DNA from: Eutreptiella sp. 'Long Island Sound 2002'
Lineage: Eukaryota; Protista; Euglenida
Assembly: GCA_964036045.1 (NCBI GenBank)
Contig: OZ038378.1
Span: 156,178,001-156,242,000 of the forward strand
Reading direction: 5' to 3'
DNA length: 64,000 nt
In this document: in pieces, positions 60,546 to 64,000 of the stretch
Position numbering within the stretch: the stretch's first letter is position 1
Layout: the number at the start of each line of letters is the position of its first letter
Made by a program: the position numbers and the translations under genes
Notes under the pieces: generated by a model
The model's database searches: none
What the model was told of the DNA's origin: nothing
The model's input: the letters and a program-made list of their open reading frames with translations, nothing else

Positions 60546-62629
60546 AGGAGTGTGTGTGTGGGGGGGCGGGGGGGGGGGCAGCACGCGAGATCGGAAATTT
60601 TTGGCGGGTCGCGAGCGGAGGGGGGGCGGGCAATTTGACAATTTTCGGGCGGGCGGGGGCGTGCGATCTCAGAAATTCTGGGCTGAGGGGGGCGGCGGGG
60701 GCAGGGATTTGGGAAATTATGAGAAGGCGCAGAAGGTGCGCGCCCATTGCCGGGCCCCTACCCCAGTGGGATGGGGGTTTGTACTACCATTGTCGGCCCC
60801 CTACCCCAATGGGATGCGGGTTTGTACCTATCGCCAGATATGGCCGTCACCACGGAGAGGGGACTTGCATACCACTTTGAAGCATTGCATTTGTCAGAAA
60901 AATGCTTTATTATTAAACAGCAATTTGATTGCTATTTCCACTACGAAGATGAAAGCCCCCAACCCCAAGCGTATTTGCGCACGCGTGCCAGTGTAGCTTT
61001 AGCACCCACATTCGATGAATAGTATGATCAAAAGGAGATAGATGAGATCTTTATAGAGGATTGATCCCAGGTGATTGTGTTTGTCAGTGTGTGTTTGCAG
61101 ATATGAATAGTACAAAGTGCAGGCATATTGACACGGGGGGCTGGGAGGCCAGCCCAAGCATGGTCCCCCTTGCCCCCCTCCCCCCCCCACAGAGGCGCGC
61201 CAAAAGGCTGACATATGGATATTGATACATATGGGAATATGGATAATGTGGCATGTGCGTTGCGTGTGGCCAACGGATGCCACATGGTGCGTGGCCGTGT
61301 TGCCTCCCATCTGCTCCTTGGGCATCGCTAGCCGGAACAAACGGATTGTGATTTGGATGATGCGTGCCTGGTTCATGTTTGCCCGGGTCGTGCATATTGC
61401 AATGCAAACCACACATAGTCTGTGCAAACGCGCAGTCATCTGGCATGGTTGCATGGTTACTCCTCTTTGTCTCAAGCTGCCGCAAGGAACGGCTCAAACA
61501 TAGACCACTTCGTTTGTGATTTGACCCCCCCCCACCCCAAGGCCGCTGCCGCCGCCCCGAGCAGGGGCCAAAAGGTTGACACCCCCCATCCGTGCTACTT
61601 TTGCACGTCAGCGCTCCAATGCATATTGATGAACATGAAGTGTAACCTAGCCCAGCAATATAGGCATGGAGAGCGATTAAGACGCGAAGTGTTCAACCTT
61701 GTATCTTGGGTCTTGGACCATGCTCCTGACTCATTTGTTGCTATTGCATCGAGAGATATGCAAGTGCTCTGGCCGTTTGAGAAGCTTTGTGTTTGCCTGC
61801 AAAACGTCGTGGATGTAGCTGTGATGGGGCTCGGGACCAAGAAAGGGGGCAGACTCCCCGTTCCCGATACCATTCACCATACCCAGCACCACCCACAAAC
61901 AACCAATAATGCCAAATATGTGCATGGCCACATAGGGGCATGCACCTACGGCTTCAAGGCCATTGGTAAAGGTGCGTGAAGTTAAGTGAGAGAGAACACA
62001 CACACACACACACAAGCATAGTGCAAAGGTGCATTGGGCTTTGTGACGAAGTATTTTTGTCATTTCAGCATTTTCCATCGTGTTTTCAAATTTGCAACAC
62101 GCAAAAATGCCTTTTGGAAGGCGAAAATGGCCTGAAGACGGACACTTGTGGGCTGCCCAGTGCATGCACATACACAACACCACACCAGCTAATGCTTCAA
62201 GTCCCGAAACACGCGTGTGCACAATTTGAGCACATGATCGTTCATGTTATGTTCTTTTGTTTCATTGCCTTGTGTTGGGTGCACGTGTTGTAACCATATT
62301 GCACGCATGCCGCCCAAAAGGCATGTTTTTTCTCCGTTTCCGGGGTATGGGGGGCTTAAAACTGTTTCCTTTCATACGTTTGATGAAGCACCACACACAA
62401 CAACATCAGAAAAATTGTATATGAAAGGCGCAAGAAGGTAATAATGGACCCCTAATGCTTCCCAAATGCATCCCTGTGTCCGTTGACTGTGACGGGTCAT
62501 GCAAAATTTCACATCAACTACTGCAGACCGGGGGTATCAAATATATTGTGGCACCAATATGGCGCGACATTCCCTGGGCATTCTTGCTCAACCCTACAAA
62601 ATGATGTACTTCACACAGCCTGTCCTACA

Positions 62630-64000
62630 ATGGCAGCAAGTGGAGATCCTCAGGTGATTGATGTCGATGCCGAAGATGCCATTATGGATAATAGCAGTGT
62701 AGAGCTTTTGATTGGCATTTTGGACGACGTGGCTGTCACCAGTGTTGACAAGGCGCTCGAGCCCCTGAATGGTTTGTGGTATCCGTTTCCAGGAATGAAG
62801 AAGCACTATAAATTCGAAATTGGTCTTATCCGAGACACAATGGCTGAGTGCAAGAGGTTCACCCATACAGTGCCGACATATGTAAAAAATGGCCTCAAGA
62901 CAGACGAGATTGCTTCCATACAAAATTTCGCATCAATTGGCAACATCAAACAATTCGGGGGTGCCATACTTCTGAATGGCAGAAATTCATGCAAATTTTT
63001 GTATCTATTAAATTTTGGGACGATTTGATGTGATGTTTTGGGTGATTTTACCAATTGCGTGCGAAATTTCGAAATTTCGAAATTGCGAAACGGCAATTGA
63101 AGCTTTGACATGGATTTAGGACATCTTGTTGCCTGTGGCTGCTTCTGCTCTGCTTGAGTCCTCCGTCTCATTTGATTTGTGTTTGTTCGAATGGAATATG
63201 TGTTACAGAGGTTTGTGTGAATGCTATGGGCCGTGGTATGAGTTATGTCATTTCTGTGGGACGCGAGGCAATCCAATCAAAGACGCAAAAGGAATGGCTT
63301 AATGGGTCGATGACTACACCGAGTCATCGCCACGCGACCCGCTGGACAGTTCATCGGTATGGAGGGTGCCAGAAGGTTCATCCCCTTTGGGAATCTCGGA
63401 CACACCAATGGTTTGGGCGAACCCCCCGGGGTTTTCCAAATTCCCGAAATCAGCGAAAAATGACAATGTTTCTAGTGAAGAAGATGACATCCAGCTGCCC
63501 TTATTGTTTTGCAATCCGGGATGCTTCTGCCTTCAACAAAGCGAAGCAATGTGCCATGCAAGTCTCCCGGTGCCTTGTGTGGCGCCACTTCCTTCACATT
63601 GGGTATGGCACAACATCTCATATGTGCTCACCCTAATAAAGATGTGGTGCTGCTAGATTGGAAGGTTGAGCGCACCACCCCTCAAAAGGCACATCAGAGC
63701 CCATGGTACAAGTTGAGCATGATGCTGTTGTGGGATTTTGCGGCCGTGCCATGCCTAGCCTGCTGAGGATCTGCCATTTGACTTCTTGATCAACTACCGG
63801 GGGTGTGGCCAATGCATGCAGCTTATTTGGGGGCGTGCGCTACATTGGTGATGACATTGAGGAATGGGCACCCCCTGGGGGATCGGTCCCCAAAAACGCA
63901 ATTGCCAATTACCGCCGGCCGGTCATCACTTGATTGATCATGAGATATCGGTGGTGGGCTGTTGATTGCCGCCGGGAGTGGGTTGCCCGCAAGCAACGAG
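62630..64000 (+). pseudogene. Fragmented, possibly spliced Cys/His-rich hypothetical gene
   Basis: ATG-initiated MAASGDPQVIDVDAED...KHYKFEIGLIRDTMAECKRF, then protein-like pieces in changing frames (PCKSPGALCG...QHLICAHP; RGCGQCMQ). No family recognised. Confidence 0.3.

Noticed and set aside
60546-60747. N-terminal extension of the 1094-aa ORF
   Set aside because: Lies outside the TSD, in flanking G-rich repeat; the frame is open by chance.
1-64000. tRNA, rRNA, snRNA or spliced-leader genes
   Set aside because: No cloverleaf, conserved rRNA segment or SL match recognised by eye; tRNAscan-SE and Infernal would be needed to exclude them.

Overview
Eukaryotic, extremely repeat-dense window made almost entirely of nested transposable elements, satellites and TE-derived ORF fragments. 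I found no intact cellular housekeeping gene, RNA gene or CRISPR array. The gag-YR-RT/RH order of one element is that of VIPER/TATE, which suggests a euglenozoan (Euglena-like) host, but that is inference. Best-supported elements: (1) a tyrosine-recombinase retrotransposon (45914-52731, minus) with split direct repeats A1...B1-A2-B2 and TGTT at both ends, carrying a ubiquitin-like domain upstream of its gag; it is inserted into the gag of a plus-strand Ty3/gypsy-like remnant whose frame is restored on excision. (2) A 3157-bp element (30028-33184) with a 9-bp TSD, an empty-site paralog in the window, foldback-type termini, and a Ulp1-like cysteine protease plus SAP-like motif. (3) A Penelope-like 3' fragment with a degenerate minimal hammerhead ribozyme, 24-bp TSD and 13-bp inverted termini, inside a 1768-bp near-perfect tandem duplication. 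(4) A young 5'-truncated LINE (57009-60545, 17-bp TSD) with RT, Zn finger and a C-terminal RNase H, plus two decayed LINEs. (5) A long Pro/His-rich minus-strand ORF system (1-5990) with a RING-like motif. Several satellites are also present (10, 21, 42, 48, 85, ~185, 192 and 246 bp units). All domain calls are by-eye motif matches with no database search.
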